Origin: a virus | Taxonomy: Duplodnaviria > Caudoviricetes | DNA length: 33,693 nucleotides | Direction: 5' to 3' (one strand) | IMG/VR virus record: IMGVR_UViG_3300005805_000261 | Coordinates: 1 to 33,693 of that record | Part shown: positions 33,290-33,693 of the stretch, piece by piece | How positions within the stretch are numbered: the first letter of the stretch is position 1 | How the letters are laid out: each line of letters opens with the position of its first letter | Made by a program: the position numbers and the translations under genes | Notes under the pieces: model-generated | Databases searched by the model: none | Told to the model about the DNA's origin: nothing | The model's input: only the letters and a program-made list of their open reading frames with translations

Positions 33290-33493
33290 TTAGTCTAAAA
33301 CAAATAATTCAAATTGTTCATTATCAAAAATTTCTAACACATCTCTTTCGCCATACTCATCTTCATTTATTAAAACAAATCCTTCTGAAGTTGGAGTGAT
33401 AGAAATAATTTTTACAATGCCCTCAGCAATACCAATTAGATCGCCTTCTTCTAATTGGTCTGCGTTGAGAACATCTACCATGCGATAATCCAT
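33290..33493 (-). CDS. Acidic small beta-barrel-like hypothetical protein
   Basis: ADQLEEGDLI pattern; TACAAT 7 nt before ATG 33493. Confidence 0.65.
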   Translation of the reverse strand: MDYRMVDVLNADQLEEGDLIGIAEGIVKIISITPTSEGFVLINEDEYGERDVLEIFDNEQFELFVLD

Positions 33494-33509
33494 AGTTAGC
33501 ATTGTAGCC

Positions 33510-33693
33510 CTATTTTATACTTACTTTCCCATTAGCATAAAAGTTTTTTGTATACATTTTACCTGTTGGGTCTGTAAGATTATAGGTTGCGTATTCTTTA
33601 GCATTTCCGTGGTCTGAGCATTTAGCCCAAGCCTCGTGTGCTTCTAAGAAGTCGCTAATTCGCAGGGTAGAGAATAATTCTCCATCATACGCA
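33510..33693 (-). CDS. Hypothetical protein, 5'-truncated by window edge
   Basis: Open frame ...AYDGELFS...YNLTDPTGKMYTKNFYANGKVSIK-stop. Confidence 0.6.
   Translation of the reverse strand, partial: AYDGELFSTLRISDFLEAHEAWAKCSDHGNAKEYATYNLTDPTGKMYTKNFYANGKVSIK

Overview
A 33.7-kb AT-rich segment of a large tailed-phage genome. The host is most likely an Actinobacterium of the freshwater type, judging from WhiB, an MSMEG_6728-like glycosylase, a Gp88-like gene, AGAAAGG ribosome-binding sites and many leaderless genes. Bases 1-14854 are + strand: the end of the terminase large subunit, two exported surface-type proteins, a CHAP lysin, HslV-like and subtilisin proteases, Hsp20, SNase, thioredoxin, probable head-associated proteins, a GT4, WhiB, a UV glycosylase and a holin-like gene. 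After a convergent terminator the window is mainly - strand: a glycosyltransferase/FkbM/Stealth-like cluster, tRNA-Gly, small Zn-finger genes, a repeat-rich non-coding block (about 24520-25360), and an early-type arm of short self-promoted units (DUF4241-like, DUF1281-like, DUF932, Gp88-like, tRNA-Asp). The most unusual signals are non-coding: (i) six copies of a compact H-type RNA pseudoknot with compensatory base changes; (ii) two promoter-driven hairpins whose loops show the anti-Shine-Dalgarno sequence CCUUUCU, complementary to the early-arm RBS, while many other genes look leaderless; (iii) MraZ-type and CRP-type host operator boxes; (iv) CCCGGG-marked cassette boundaries; (v) a ROSE-like thermometer on hsp20. 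All family assignments come from motif recognition by eye; no database search or folding program was run.
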